Assembly: GCA_015059405.1 (NCBI GenBank)
Contig: SVAL01000008.1
Coordinates: forward strand, 8,733-72,732
Source: Bacillota bacterium
GTDB taxonomy: Bacteria; Bacillota_I; Bacilli_A; RF39; UBA660
Reading direction: 5' to 3'
Length of the DNA stretch: 64,000 bases
Shown here piece after piece: positions 45,782 through 55,455 of the stretch. Made by a program: the position numbers and the translations under genes. Position 1 is the stretch's first letter. Each line of letters begins with the position of its first letter. The notes under the pieces are model-generated. The model was not told where the DNA came from and ran no database searches. It saw nothing but the letters and a program-made list of their open reading frames with translations.

Positions 45782-45973
45782 ATGAAGGCAGAAGATTTAT
45801 TAAAAGTAGTAGAAAAAGATAGTGGTGAGTATGCTGGAGTAAAAAGGGAAGATGTTGATTATTCATTAAAGCGTAATCAAGCAATGGAAAATTATTTAAA
45901 GGAAGTAGGACCAGTATCTAAAAGTATTAATGATGGTTTAAAAGAAATTAAATCTAAAGGGGTATCTAAATAA
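45782..45973 (+). CDS. Small hydrophilic hypothetical protein (63 aa)
   Basis: aaggaaagaggtag RBS region; starts 3 nt after the P2 stop; followed by a terminator. Confidence 0.5.
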   Translation: MKAEDLLKVVEKDSGEYAGVKREDVDYSLKRNQAMENYLKEVGPVSKSINDGLKEIKSKGVSK

Positions 45974-45994
45974 AGACACATAGTGTCTTTTTTA
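45973..45994 (+). terminator. Rho-independent terminator
   Basis: aagacac/gtgtctt stem followed by a T-run. Confidence 0.7.
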
Positions 45995-46026
45995 TTTTTA
46001 TATGATAAAATTATGATGGTGGTAAT

Positions 46027-47775
46027 ATGAAAAGATTAAAGGTAAAGGATATATTTCGTAATATAAAAAAGAGTTGGAGATTTGTAAGAAAAGAAAAGAA
46101 GAGATTATTCTTATGTTTATTTTTCTCTCTTGTTTTATGTGGTATGAGTGTACTAGTTCCTTTCTTTTCAGCTAAGATGTTACTTAGTATTACTGATGGA
46201 TTATTTGGAATATTATTAGGTATTAGTTTACTTGTAATGATATTAGAAATATGTAGACACTTATTTCATTATTTATATAATATTATTTTTGGAAAATATT
46301 TACTTAATATAACTCTTTCTTTACAAACAGAAATCGCAAAAGAAACGTTAAAATTGGAAGTTAGTGAACTTGATAAGAAATCTAGTGGTGTATTTATAGA
46401 TCGTTTAAATGTTGATACTAGAGATATAGCTAATATTTTTACAAGACTTGGTGATGCGATTATTGATGTTGTTACTAATATAGGAGTATTAGTTGCGATT
46501 TTTATAGTTAATAAGATTATGTTTTTATATTTTTTAATTACTTTAACGATTCTTTTTATTCTTCAAAATATGAAAATGAGAAAAGCTTTTGCGATAGATA
46601 AAGAAAGAAGAAAGATATCAGAAAAAAATACTGGTTTAATTAGTGAACTTGTTAGAGGAATTCGTGATATAAAGACTCTTAATGCGACTGAGAATTTTTT
46701 AGATAGTACTAATGAAAAATTAGAATATGCTTTAAATAAGAATTATGATATGCAGAAAGTTAATTTTAATTATAGTTTATTAATTGGATTTATTAGTAGT
46801 ATTATTAATTTCTTATTTATATATTTGGGAATAGTTTTAATAAATAATGGTTCTTTAACTATAGCGTCTTTCTTAGTTATATATTTATATAAGGATAGGG
46901 TACAAGGTCTTCTTAGATATATTACTTTTGTAATAGAACTTATGAAACAGTTTAATATATCTTGTGATAGGGTATTTGATATTATTGATAATGATAAGTT
47001 TAAGAAAGAAAGTTTTGGGGATATTAAGAAAAAGAAACTATCTGGAGAATTAGAATTTAAAAATGTATATTTTTCTTATACTGGTGAAAAAGATGTATTA
47101 AAAGACGTTTCTTTTAAAGTTAATCATCATGAAACTGTTAGTTTTGTAGGTAGAAGTGGTAGTGGAAAAAGTACTATTTTAAGTCTACTTAGTGGATTAT
47201 ATAAAATTAATGATAATAGAGGAAGTATATTGATAGATGGTACTGATATTAATTTATATGATAGGGATTCTATTCGTGATAATATTGCGGTTGTTACACA
47301 AAATCCATATATATTTAATATGAGTATTAAAGATAATTTAAAGATAGTTGATCCTAATATGACTGATAAAAGAATGAAGGAAGTATGTGAGATAGCTTGT
47401 TTAAGTGAGTATATAGAGTCTCTTGATGATAAATATGATACTTTAGTTGGTGAAGGTGGACTTACTTTAAGTGGTGGTCAAAGACAAAGACTTGCGATAG
47501 CACGTGCACTTTTAAAGAAAACAGATATTATATTACTTGATGAAGCAACAAGTGCACTTGATAATGAAACACAAGAGGAGATAAAAAAAGCTATTAATAA
47601 TATGAAAGGATCTTATACTATTGTTATTGTTGCTCATAGATTATCAACGGTAATGGATAGTGATAAAATTGTTTTAATAGATAAAGGTAAGGTAGTTGGA
47701 GAAGGAACTCATAAAGAATTAATGAAGTCTAGTGATTTATATAAAAGTTTATATAATAAAGAAGATAATGTATAA
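46027..47775 (+). CDS. ABC exporter, fused permease and ATPase (type I exporter, MsbA-like)
   Basis: Six-TM N-terminal half; Walker A GRSGSGKST, signature LSGGQRQR, Walker B ILLDEATS. Confidence 0.85.
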   Translation: MKRLKVKDIFRNIKKSWRFVRKEKKRLFLCLFFSLVLCGMSVLVPFFSAKMLLSITDGLFGILLGISLLVMILEICRHLFHYLYNIIFGKYLLNITLSLQTEIAKETLKLEVSELDKKSSGVFIDRLNVDTRDIANIFTRLGDAIIDVVTNIGVLVAIFIVNKIMFLYFLITLTILFILQNMKMRKAFAIDKERRKISEKNTGLISELVRGIRDIKTLNATENFLDSTNEKLEYALNKNYDMQKVNFNYSLLIGFISSIINFLFIYLGIVLINNGSLTIASFLVIYLYKDRVQGLLRYITFVIELMKQFNISCDRVFDIIDNDKFKKESFGDIKKKKLSGELEFKNVYFSYTGEKDVLKDVSFKVNHHETVSFVGRSGSGKSTILSLLSGLYKINDNRGSILIDGTDINLYDRDSIRDNIAVVTQNPYIFNMSIKDNLKIVDPNMTDKRMKEVCEIACLSEYIESLDDKYDTLVGEGGLTLSGGQRQRLAIARALLKKTDIILLDEATSALDNETQEEIKKAINNMKGSYTIVIVAHRLSTVMDSDKIVLIDKGKVVGEGTHKELMKSSDLYKSLYNKEDNV

Positions 47776-47797
47776 TTAAAATGATAGGAGAATATTT

Positions 47798-48502
47798 ATG
47801 GAACTAAAGTATAAGAGAATTTTGATTAAGTTAAGTGGAGAAAGTTTAGCAGGAAATATTGGTCATGGGATTGATTTTGATAAGGCTCTTGAAATTTGTG
47901 GAGAAATTAAAAGTGTTTGTGATTTAGGGGTAGAAGTAGCAATAGTTGTTGGTGGTGGAAACTTCTGGAGAGGAAGAAGTAATATGCATATGGATAGATG
48001 TACATCTGATTATATTGGTATGCTTGGAACAACAATGAATGCATTAGCCTTAGGAGATGCTTTTAAACAACTAGGACAAGACGTTAGAGTTCAAACTGGT
48101 GTTGAGATGCGACAAATAGCAGAGTTTTATATTAAGAATAGGGCAGATCGTCATTTAAATAAAGGAAGAGTTGTAATATTTGGATGTGGAACAGGTAGTC
48201 CATTCTTTTCAACAGATACTGCTGCGGCGTTAAGAAGTGCTGAAATAAATGCAGATGCTGTTTTAAAAGCTACTAATGTAGATGGTATATATACAGCAGA
48301 TCCTAGAAAAGATAAAGATGCTACTTTAATAAAGAAGACTACTTATATGGAAGTTTTAAATAAAAAGCTTAATGTTATGGATTCAACTGCTACTACTTTA
48401 TGTATGGATAATGAAATTCCTATAATAGTATTTAATATAAATAATAAAGGTAATTTACTTGATTTGATTAATGGAAAAGATATAGGTACTTTAGTTAATT
48501 AG
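47798..48502 (+). CDS. pyrH: UMP kinase
   Basis: YKRILIKLSGESL, VVGGGNFWRG and GTGSPFFSTDTAAALRS motifs. Confidence 0.9.
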   Translation: MELKYKRILIKLSGESLAGNIGHGIDFDKALEICGEIKSVCDLGVEVAIVVGGGNFWRGRSNMHMDRCTSDYIGMLGTTMNALALGDAFKQLGQDVRVQTGVEMRQIAEFYIKNRADRHLNKGRVVIFGCGTGSPFFSTDTAAALRSAEINADAVLKATNVDGIYTADPRKDKDATLIKKTTYMEVLNKKLNVMDSTATTLCMDNEIPIIVFNINNKGNLLDLINGKDIGTLVN

Positions 48503-48510
48503 GAGTATAT

Positions 48511-48900
48511 ATGAATAATAAGTGTATAAGATGTGGAAATGATTTAGCGCCAAATCAAAATTTTTGTAATTGTTGTGGTTTACCTGTTACTAATATGGTA
48601 AGTAATACTAGTATTAATTCTAATACTGGTAAATTAATTATAAGTCGTGAAAAGAATTTTTATGGGTGTGCAGCTAAATTAAAAGTTTTAATTAATGGAT
48701 ATTGTTATACATTAGAAAATGGACAAGTATTAGATTTTAATTTAATACCTGGAGTTTATACAATTACTTGGAAGTTTTGGTGTAGAAGAGATAAGAGTAT
48801 TCAAATTAATGTTTTAGCAGGTGGATATTATTGTGTTAATTTTAAACCTGATTATTTATGGGGTGGTTTTAAGTTGTCTGATAAGTGTAAGTTTGATTAA
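48511..48900 (+). CDS. Zinc-ribbon domain protein
   Basis: CIRCGNDLAPNQNFCNCCG N-terminal zinc ribbon; C-terminal beta-rich domain. Confidence 0.6.
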   Translation: MNNKCIRCGNDLAPNQNFCNCCGLPVTNMVSNTSINSNTGKLIISREKNFYGCAAKLKVLINGYCYTLENGQVLDFNLIPGVYTITWKFWCRRDKSIQINVLAGGYYCVNFKPDYLWGGFKLSDKCKFD

Positions 48901-48971
48901 CTTATGTAAATAATAGTAAAGATTGTTGAAATATATTTGTTTATTATTAATTTAAAATTTATAATGATGGT

Positions 48972-49652
48972 ATGGGTGATATGATGTTTGATGAAGATAA
49001 AGCAGAAAACGGAATGCGTGCTGCAGTTGAGTTTTTAAATGCAGATACTAATATTAGAAATGGTTTAATAAATAATTTGATGCAGTCAGGAGAAGAAAGT
49101 TTAGAGGAAATTGGAAGAGAACTTTCTAATTTAATGAGAAAACAAGGAATTGATATAAATCCAAAGCATTTAGCGAAAGCATTATCTGAGACTTATGAGT
49201 TTGGTGTACATAGATATATTGGTGAGTATGATAATAGTAGTTTAAGTGAAAGAGATATATTTAATGAAAATGTTGAAGTAGATGAACGTGGTATCGATAA
49301 TGCGATGCATAGAAAAAGAAGAATAAATAATATGGTAGATGATTTAGATTGTCGTGATCAACATGTTCCTAGTTGTTGGTCTGATTTTGTAAGTAGGGGA
49401 TATTCTGAGGTTAGAAGAACTATTTATGAAGAATTAGGAGATAAGGCTGTTAGAGACTTTGAGTATTATTTTAATTATGATACTAGAGATATATTAAAAT
49501 ATGGATTAACTAGTGGACTTACTAGTGTTTACGATAGAAGTGTTGAAGATTTACAACATTTATCTGCTGCTACTAGTAAATTAGAAGAACAAGTAGTGGA
49601 ATCTAAGCGTAGTAGTAATACTATTTCTAGTAATGCGGCAATGTTTAAGTAG
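48972..49652 (+). CDS. Hypothetical protein
   Basis: Long ORF, hydrophilic, no recognised motifs. Confidence 0.5.
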   Translation: MGDMMFDEDKAENGMRAAVEFLNADTNIRNGLINNLMQSGEESLEEIGRELSNLMRKQGIDINPKHLAKALSETYEFGVHRYIGEYDNSSLSERDIFNENVEVDERGIDNAMHRKRRINNMVDDLDCRDQHVPSCWSDFVSRGYSEVRRTIYEELGDKAVRDFEYYFNYDTRDILKYGLTSGLTSVYDRSVEDLQHLSAATSKLEEQVVESKRSSNTISSNAAMFK

Positions 49653-49661
49653 AGGAGTATT

Positions 49662-49922
49662 ATGAATAAAGAGAAAGTAAAAAAAATTTTTGATATAGTT
49701 ATATCTGTTATAGTATTTGGGATGCTTGGAGCGTGGTTGGTTGATTTTTATAATTATTATCAAGGGAATGAACCAGCACTTTGTATAAAAGAAGAAGTTT
49801 ATGAATATGAGGATGGTAAGACAAAGTCTTGTACAGGAGTCGGTTATAAAGTATATATTTATGAACGTAGTAGTATAGAAGGAATGGAATTTGGTCCATT
49901 TTGGTTAGAAGAAAGAAAATAA
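49662..49922 (+). CDS. Small membrane-anchored protein
   Basis: gaggag RBS; one TM (IFDIVISVIVFGMLGAWLV). Confidence 0.5.
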   Translation: MNKEKVKKIFDIVISVIVFGMLGAWLVDFYNYYQGNEPALCIKEEVYEYEDGKTKSCTGVGYKVYIYERSSIEGMEFGPFWLEERK

Positions 49923-49927
49923 TAATT

Positions 49928-49951
49928 GACACTTTTAAGTGTCTTTTTTTT
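49928..49951 (+). terminator. Rho-independent terminator
   Basis: gacac..gtgtc stem followed by T8. Confidence 0.7.
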
Positions 49952-50025
49952 ATAATAAATTTACTTATGTTTTTTAATGTGTTATATTTTATTATAGATA
50001 ATATAAGAATAGGTTGAGTGATATT

Positions 50026-50679
50026 ATGGAAAATAAAAAAGGTAATAAGAATTTATTAATTGTTGGTGGAATTATATTAGTTATTATAGTATTAGTTATT
50101 ATTTTATTTATGACTAGTGGTGGTGATAAAGAAGATAATTCTAATAAAGTAGAAAATAATAATAGCAATAATACTGAAAATAATAATAACGAAAATAATA
50201 ATGAAAATAATAGCAATGAAAATAGTAATTCTAATAATAATTCTAATAATAATTCTAATAATACATCTAGTAACATGAGAAATGTTACAATAGGGGATCT
50301 TAGTTTTTCAATAACTAAAGAATTTAAGAATAGTAGTGAAAATAGTGATGTTTATCAAATGTATAATTATATGGTTGAAAATGATTTTTGTATGATAACA
50401 GTTAATAAAAAAGAAGTTAATGGAAATATTATTCCTAAAAATTATTTTAAGAGTTATATGAATTTAGCTGATAATAATTTAAATGATATTAAAACAGAAA
50501 AAATAAATAATATTACTTGGAATAAAGTTGTTGTAAAAGGATATGGAGATATTACTGATTATTATTATGTTTATATGAATAAGAATACTGCATATGATAT
50601 ACATTTTATGATTTATAGTGGTAAAGATAAATGTGATAAGTTCTTTAATGATATAAAGAGTACTTTGAAAGTTAAATAG
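50026..50679 (+). CDS. Membrane-anchored protein with an Asn-rich low-complexity linker
   Basis: TM LLIVGGIILVIIVLVIILF, linker NNNSNNTENNNNENNNENNSNENSNSNNNSNNNSNN, globular C-terminus. The track starts at TTG 50014. Confidence 0.55.
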   Translation: MENKKGNKNLLIVGGIILVIIVLVIILFMTSGGDKEDNSNKVENNNSNNTENNNNENNNENNSNENSNSNNNSNNNSNNTSSNMRNVTIGDLSFSITKEFKNSSENSDVYQMYNYMVENDFCMITVNKKEVNGNIIPKNYFKSYMNLADNNLNDIKTEKINNITWNKVVVKGYGDITDYYYVYMNKNTAYDIHFMIYSGKDKCDKFFNDIKSTLKVK

Positions 50680-50704
50680 AATTACTTAGGTAATTCTTTT
50701 TTTT
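50679..50704 (+). terminator. Rho-independent terminator
   Basis: gaattac/gtaattc stem, ttag loop, T8. Confidence 0.8.
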
Positions 50705-50749
50705 ATTATTTTTTATAATTATCTTCATATAATTAACTGGTGAATAAAT

Positions 50750-52654
50750 ATGTTTTTTAAAGATATTGATTATAGAATTAGATTAGTATTAGTTATAGTA
50801 ATAATACTATTTTGTTTTATAGTATTTAGAGTTTTTTATATTCAGGTATTTAGTTATGATAAATTATCTAATTTAGCAAATGATTTATGGAGTAGAAATT
50901 TGCCTTTGAAAGCAGATAGGGGGCTTATTTTAGATAGAAATGGAGTAGTGCTTGCGGATAATATAACAACTACTAGTTTGGTACTTGTTCCTAATCAAAT
51001 AGAAGATAAAGAAAAAGTGTCACAAGTACTTAGTGAAATATTAGGTGTTACTAAAGAAGAGATGGATAAGCATGTTTATAAAGAAACTTCTATTGAAAGA
51101 GTGCATCCTGAAGGAAGACAACTTTCTTATGAAAAAGCGGATTATATAAATAGTTTTAATTTTAGTGGGGTTTATTTAGTTAAAGAATCAAAAAGATATT
51201 ATCCGTATGAAGAATTACTTTCACATTCAATTGGATATGTAGGGATAGATAATCAGGGATTAAGTGGGATTGAACTGCAATATGATGATGTTTTAACAGG
51301 AGAAGATGGAGCGATAAAGTATTATTCAGATGCGAAAGGAAATACTTTAGATTTAAGTCAAGTTTATGTAGAAAGTAAAAGTGGAGATAATGTTGTACTT
51401 ACAATAGATATTAATATTCAAAAATCAATTGAAAGAGAACTTAATAATATTGTTGATATGTTTAATCCTGATATGGTGCTTGCTTTAGTTATGAATCCGA
51501 ATACTGGTGAAGTTTTAGGAATGGGTTCAAGACCTGATTTTAATTCTAATCATTATCAAGATTATAGTTTAGAAGAGTTAAGTCGTAATTTACCAATATG
51601 GGCATCGTATGAACCCGGATCTACTTTTAAGATTATAACAACAGCGGCAGCAATAGAAGAAAAAGTTGTTGATTTAGATAAAGATACTTTTTATGATACT
51701 GGTAGTGTAATAGTAAGTGGTGCTAGAATTGGTTGTTGGAAAGCAAAGGGACATGGTTTTCAAACATTTTTACAAGTGTTAGAAAATTCATGTAACCCAG
51801 GGTTTGTAGAACTTGGAAATAGACTTGGTAAAGAGGTTTTATTTTCTTATTTAGATAGATTTGGTTTTGGTAAAAAAACAGGGATAGATTTAAATGGTGA
51901 GAGTAAGGGGATTGTTTTTAATTTAGATCGAGTTGGGGATTTGGAACTTGCAACAACAGCTTTTGGACAGGGGGTTAGTGTAACTCCAATTCAACAAGTA
52001 ACAGCAGTAAGTGCAGTTGTTAATGGAGGTAGTTTATATACTCCTTATATAGTTAAAGAAATTAAAAATAATAAGGGAGAAATTATTTCCAAAAATGATC
52101 CTATTTTTGTTAGAAAAGTTATTAGTGAAGAGACATCTTTAAAAATGCGAAGTGCACTTGAAAGTGTAGTTGCTAGAGGTGGTGGGAGATATGCTTATAT
52201 TGATGGATATAGAGTTGGTGGTAAAACTGGAACAGCTCAAAAAGTTGAGAATGGAAAATATTTAGAAAATAATTATATTATGAGTTTTATGGCGGTAGTT
52301 CCATCTAATAATCCAGAAGCAGTTTTATATTTAGCAATTGATAATCCTAAAAATACGGCACTTTTATCTAGTTATACAACAGCACCAGTTGCAAGAAGAA
52401 TACTTTTAGATATAATTGATGCTTTAGATATAAAAAAACAAAAAGGACAAATCGAAAAAGTTTATCAATGGAATGATAAAGTGTATACAAGTATTCCAAA
52501 TGTTGTTGGAATGGATGTAAAAAATGCGAAGAAAAAACTAACTGATTTTGAGATAGAATATACGGGTAATGGAAGTAAGGTAGTTGAACAATCGCCGGTT
52601 GCTCATGAAAGAGTTAGTAAGGGTTCAACAATTAGATTGTTGTTGGGGGAGTAA
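50750..52654 (+). CDS. Class B penicillin-binding protein (SpoVD/PBP2B-like) with one C-terminal PASTA domain
   Basis: TM anchor, STFK, SCN and KTGTA motifs; PASTA unit IPNVVGMDVKNAKKKL.. Confidence 0.85.
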   Translation: MFFKDIDYRIRLVLVIVIILFCFIVFRVFYIQVFSYDKLSNLANDLWSRNLPLKADRGLILDRNGVVLADNITTTSLVLVPNQIEDKEKVSQVLSEILGVTKEEMDKHVYKETSIERVHPEGRQLSYEKADYINSFNFSGVYLVKESKRYYPYEELLSHSIGYVGIDNQGLSGIELQYDDVLTGEDGAIKYYSDAKGNTLDLSQVYVESKSGDNVVLTIDINIQKSIERELNNIVDMFNPDMVLALVMNPNTGEVLGMGSRPDFNSNHYQDYSLEELSRNLPIWASYEPGSTFKIITTAAAIEEKVVDLDKDTFYDTGSVIVSGARIGCWKAKGHGFQTFLQVLENSCNPGFVELGNRLGKEVLFSYLDRFGFGKKTGIDLNGESKGIVFNLDRVGDLELATTAFGQGVSVTPIQQVTAVSAVVNGGSLYTPYIVKEIKNNKGEIISKNDPIFVRKVISEETSLKMRSALESVVARGGGRYAYIDGYRVGGKTGTAQKVENGKYLENNYIMSFMAVVPSNNPEAVLYLAIDNPKNTALLSSYTTAPVARRILLDIIDALDIKKQKGQIEKVYQWNDKVYTSIPNVVGMDVKNAKKKLTDFEIEYTGNGSKVVEQSPVAHERVSKGSTIRLLLGE

Positions 52655-52691
52655 AATGTTGAAAATAAAGTTAAAAAGTATGGGTATTCCA

Positions 52692-52720
52692 TTGACTGGA
52701 ATTTTTATATGAGATATAAT
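52692..52720 (+). promoter_or_regulatory. SigA-type promoter for the surface-protein genes
   Basis: TTGACT-17 nt-TATAAT. Confidence 0.55.
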
Positions 52721-52788
52721 AAAGTTGCTTTATGCATATGGTTGTAGGGTAGCATTGAGTAGTTAAAAAATAATAAAAAAGAAAGGAA

Positions 52789-54165
52789 ATGGTTATGGGA
52801 GACAAAAAGAAAAAAAATAATAAAAAAGATAACAATAAAAATATTATTATCGGTATAGTAGTAGCCGTAGTTATTATTTTAATATTGTTATTATTTTTAT
52901 TAGGTAAAAAAGAAGATGTTCAATACACAGTAGTATTTAACTCTGAAGGTGGAACTACTATTTCAGACATAACAATTGATAAAAATGGTAAAGTTCAAAA
53001 ACCAGCTGATCCAACTAAAGAAGGATATGTATTCGACGGTTGGTATTTAAATGGTGAACCTTTTGACTTCGACCAAGAAGTTTCAGGAAACATTGAACTT
53101 GAAGCAAGATGGACTAAAGTTTCTGGTGGAAGCGAAGAAGATGTTAAAGTAACTGGTGTTGAATTAGACAAAAGTAGTTTAACATTAAACGTAGGTGATG
53201 AAAAAAGCCTAGGATTTACTGTAAGTCCAAGTAATGCATCTAATAAAGATGTAACATGGTCAAGTAGTGATTCTAGTGTTGTTAGTGTTGATAGTAATGG
53301 TAATGTTAGAGCTCTTAAAAAGGGAACTGCTACAATTACAGTTAAAACTAATGATGGTGGATTTACTGATACAGTAAAAGTAACTGTTGAAAAAGCAGAA
53401 GTAGAAGTACCAGATGTTAAAGTAACTGGAGTTACTTTAAGTAAAAGTAACTTAAACTTAAACGTTGGTGGAAGTTCTAAATTAACTGCAACAGTTAAAC
53501 CAAGTGACGCTACAAACAAAGGAGTAACATGGTCAAGTAGTGATAAAACAATTGCTACAGTTGATGCAAATGGTAAAGTAACAGCTAAAAAAGCAGGTAC
53601 AGTTACTATTACAGTTACAACTAAAGATGGAAAATACACTGCAGAGTGTACAGTTAAAGTTACTGAAGTTAAGGTAACAGGAGTTACTTTAAGTAAAAGT
53701 ACTTTAAAATTAACTGTAGGAGGTAGTTCAAAACTAACTGCAACAGTTAAACCAAGCAATGCTACTAACAAAGGAGTAACATGGTCAAGTAGTGATAAAT
53801 CTATTGCGACTGTTGACTCTAACGGTAAAGTAACAGCTAAAAAAGCAGGTACAGTTACTATAACAGTTACAACTAAAGATGGTAAATATACAGCTAAGTG
53901 TACAGTTACAGTTACTGAAAAGGCTGCTAGTTATAGTGTTGTTTTAAAACCAATTGTTACTGCTGATGGTTCTATTTACCAATATGAAGTATCAGTAAAT
54001 AAAAATAATGCTGCGTTAAGTAATTATAGTTTTGTTATTTACAATGGTAGAAAAGTAACTAAAGGTAATTATTTAGCAGTAAAACAATATAACAAAGGTG
54101 TAAAAACAGCTACAGTAAGATTAGCGGATGGCAGTGATGTAACTGCTACAGTAGTTTATAAATAA
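52789..54165 (+). CDS. Membrane-anchored surface protein: Listeria-Bacteroides repeat plus three Big_2 Ig-like domains
   Basis: TM IIIGIVVAVVIILILLLFLL; PTKEGYVFDGWYLNGEPFDF; three copies of VTGVTLSKS.L.L.VGGSSKLTATVKPS.ATNKGVTWSSSDK. Confidence 0.8.
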   Translation: MVMGDKKKKNNKKDNNKNIIIGIVVAVVIILILLLFLLGKKEDVQYTVVFNSEGGTTISDITIDKNGKVQKPADPTKEGYVFDGWYLNGEPFDFDQEVSGNIELEARWTKVSGGSEEDVKVTGVELDKSSLTLNVGDEKSLGFTVSPSNASNKDVTWSSSDSSVVSVDSNGNVRALKKGTATITVKTNDGGFTDTVKVTVEKAEVEVPDVKVTGVTLSKSNLNLNVGGSSKLTATVKPSDATNKGVTWSSSDKTIATVDANGKVTAKKAGTVTITVTTKDGKYTAECTVKVTEVKVTGVTLSKSTLKLTVGGSSKLTATVKPSNATNKGVTWSSSDKSIATVDSNGKVTAKKAGTVTITVTTKDGKYTAKCTVTVTEKAASYSVVLKPIVTADGSIYQYEVSVNKNNAALSNYSFVIYNGRKVTKGNYLAVKQYNKGVKTATVRLADGSDVTATVVYK

Positions 54166-54183
54166 CAATAGGAGGATAGGAAT

Positions 54184-55455
54184 ATGGTTAAGAAATATGG
54201 AAAATATATATTAACTGTTTTATGTGCTTTCGTTGCATCTTTAACATCAGTATCTGCAGCTGAAATGACTTTAGAACAATTCGGAACAGCAGTAAAAGGT
54301 GTTAGTGAAGATGCTGACTATGTATATTTAATTGGTGAATATGCATTTACAGCATCTCACGAGTTAACAACTCAAGATATTATGATTGCAGCTCGTTCTA
54401 TCAAATTAGATGGAAATAGTGGAGCAACAAATAAAGATCCAATTTATGAAGCAATGTCTATGATGATGTTTGAAGCAACATATGATGCAGATTGGAACAT
54501 TACAGGATATGAATATGCTGAAAATGTATTTGGATCAGCAAAAGAACAAAATACATATGAAATTAAATATATTGATTATGTAGAAATGAAAAATTTAGAA
54601 GTAAGTGGATTAGTTGAAGAAGCTTACAATACAATTAAAGGACAAGCAGCAACAGATAAGTTTGAAGTAGCAATCAACGGAAATGATGTAACAATCACAA
54701 TCGTAGATAGAACAATGAATTCAGTAAATGCATTAGCAGGAACAGGAATTGCAACAGCAGCAGAAAACTTATTAAATACAGCTGGAGTAAAAGAAGTAAA
54801 AATTGCAGTAGACGAAAACACTTATGTAGTAGTAACTGCAGAAAACTTAAGACAAAGTATTGCACAATTAGATGCATTATTTAAAGTACTAGCAGGATCT
54901 GATGAAGCAACAGCAGCAGATTTAGCAGGAAAATCATTAGATATTGAAATCTTCTTAGAAGATGGATATACAGCAGTAGGTTCAACAGAATTTACAGTAA
55001 GCTTTGGAGTAAAAGAAGTAAAAGTAGACGGATTAGTTGAAGAAGCTTACAATACAATCAAAGGACAAGCAGCAACAGATAAGTTTGAAGTAGCAATCAA
55101 CGGAAATGATGTAACAATCACAATCGTAGATAGAACAATGAATTCAGTAAATGCATTAGCAGGAACAGGAATTGCAACAGCAGCAGAAAACTTATTAAAT
55201 ACAGCTGGAGTAAAAGAAGTAAAAATTGCAGTAGACGAAAACACTTATGTAGTAGTAACTGCAGAAAACTTAAGACAAAGTATTGCACAATTAGATGCAT
55301 TATTTAAAGTACTAGCAGGATCTGATGAAGCAACAGCAGCAGATTTAGCAGGAAAATCATTAGATATTGAAATCTTCTTAGAAGATGGATATACAGCAGT
55401 AGGTTCAACAGAGTTTACTATCGAATTTGATACAAAACCTGAAGTAACTTTTTAA
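54184..55455 (+). CDS. Signal-peptide-bearing N-terminal part of a giant repeat surface protein (two 141-aa M-modules)
   Basis: Signal peptide ..LTSVSAAEM; duplicated module VEEAYNTIKGQAATDKFEVAINGNDVTITIVDRTMNS..; ends in TAA right after a T5 tract. Confidence 0.75.
   Translation: MVKKYGKYILTVLCAFVASLTSVSAAEMTLEQFGTAVKGVSEDADYVYLIGEYAFTASHELTTQDIMIAARSIKLDGNSGATNKDPIYEAMSMMMFEATYDADWNITGYEYAENVFGSAKEQNTYEIKYIDYVEMKNLEVSGLVEEAYNTIKGQAATDKFEVAINGNDVTITIVDRTMNSVNALAGTGIATAAENLLNTAGVKEVKIAVDENTYVVVTAENLRQSIAQLDALFKVLAGSDEATAADLAGKSLDIEIFLEDGYTAVGSTEFTVSFGVKEVKVDGLVEEAYNTIKGQAATDKFEVAINGNDVTITIVDRTMNSVNALAGTGIATAAENLLNTAGVKEVKIAVDENTYVVVTAENLRQSIAQLDALFKVLAGSDEATAADLAGKSLDIEIFLEDGYTAVGSTEFTIEFDTKPEVTF
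54607..55412 (+). repeat. Two tandem copies with a 423-bp period
   Basis: 54607-54989 equals 55030-55412 with a single mismatch (54636 t vs 55059 c). Confidence 0.95.
55449..55455 (+). other. Frameshift junction: T5 tract plus TAA separating the two reading frames of the giant gene
   Basis: act ttt taa as read. With T6, or a -1 slip on U UUU, it reads act ttt tta aat ggt = TFLNG, continuous with the downstream frame, which is open from 55443. Confidence 0.7.

Noticed and set aside
52995-53771. 258-aa minus-strand ORF, plus many other minus-strand ORFs in the track (8788-9030, 17637-17834, 23664-23846, 25256-25465, 26785-26988, 26996-27196, 27624-27905, 30572-30775, 31932-32120, 41650-41835, 49581-49932, 49992-50276, 54624-55300, 57069-62866)
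   Set aside because: Each is antisense to a well-supported plus-strand gene or repeat array. They are low-complexity, lack an RBS, and recur in identical copies only because the sense repeats are duplicated.
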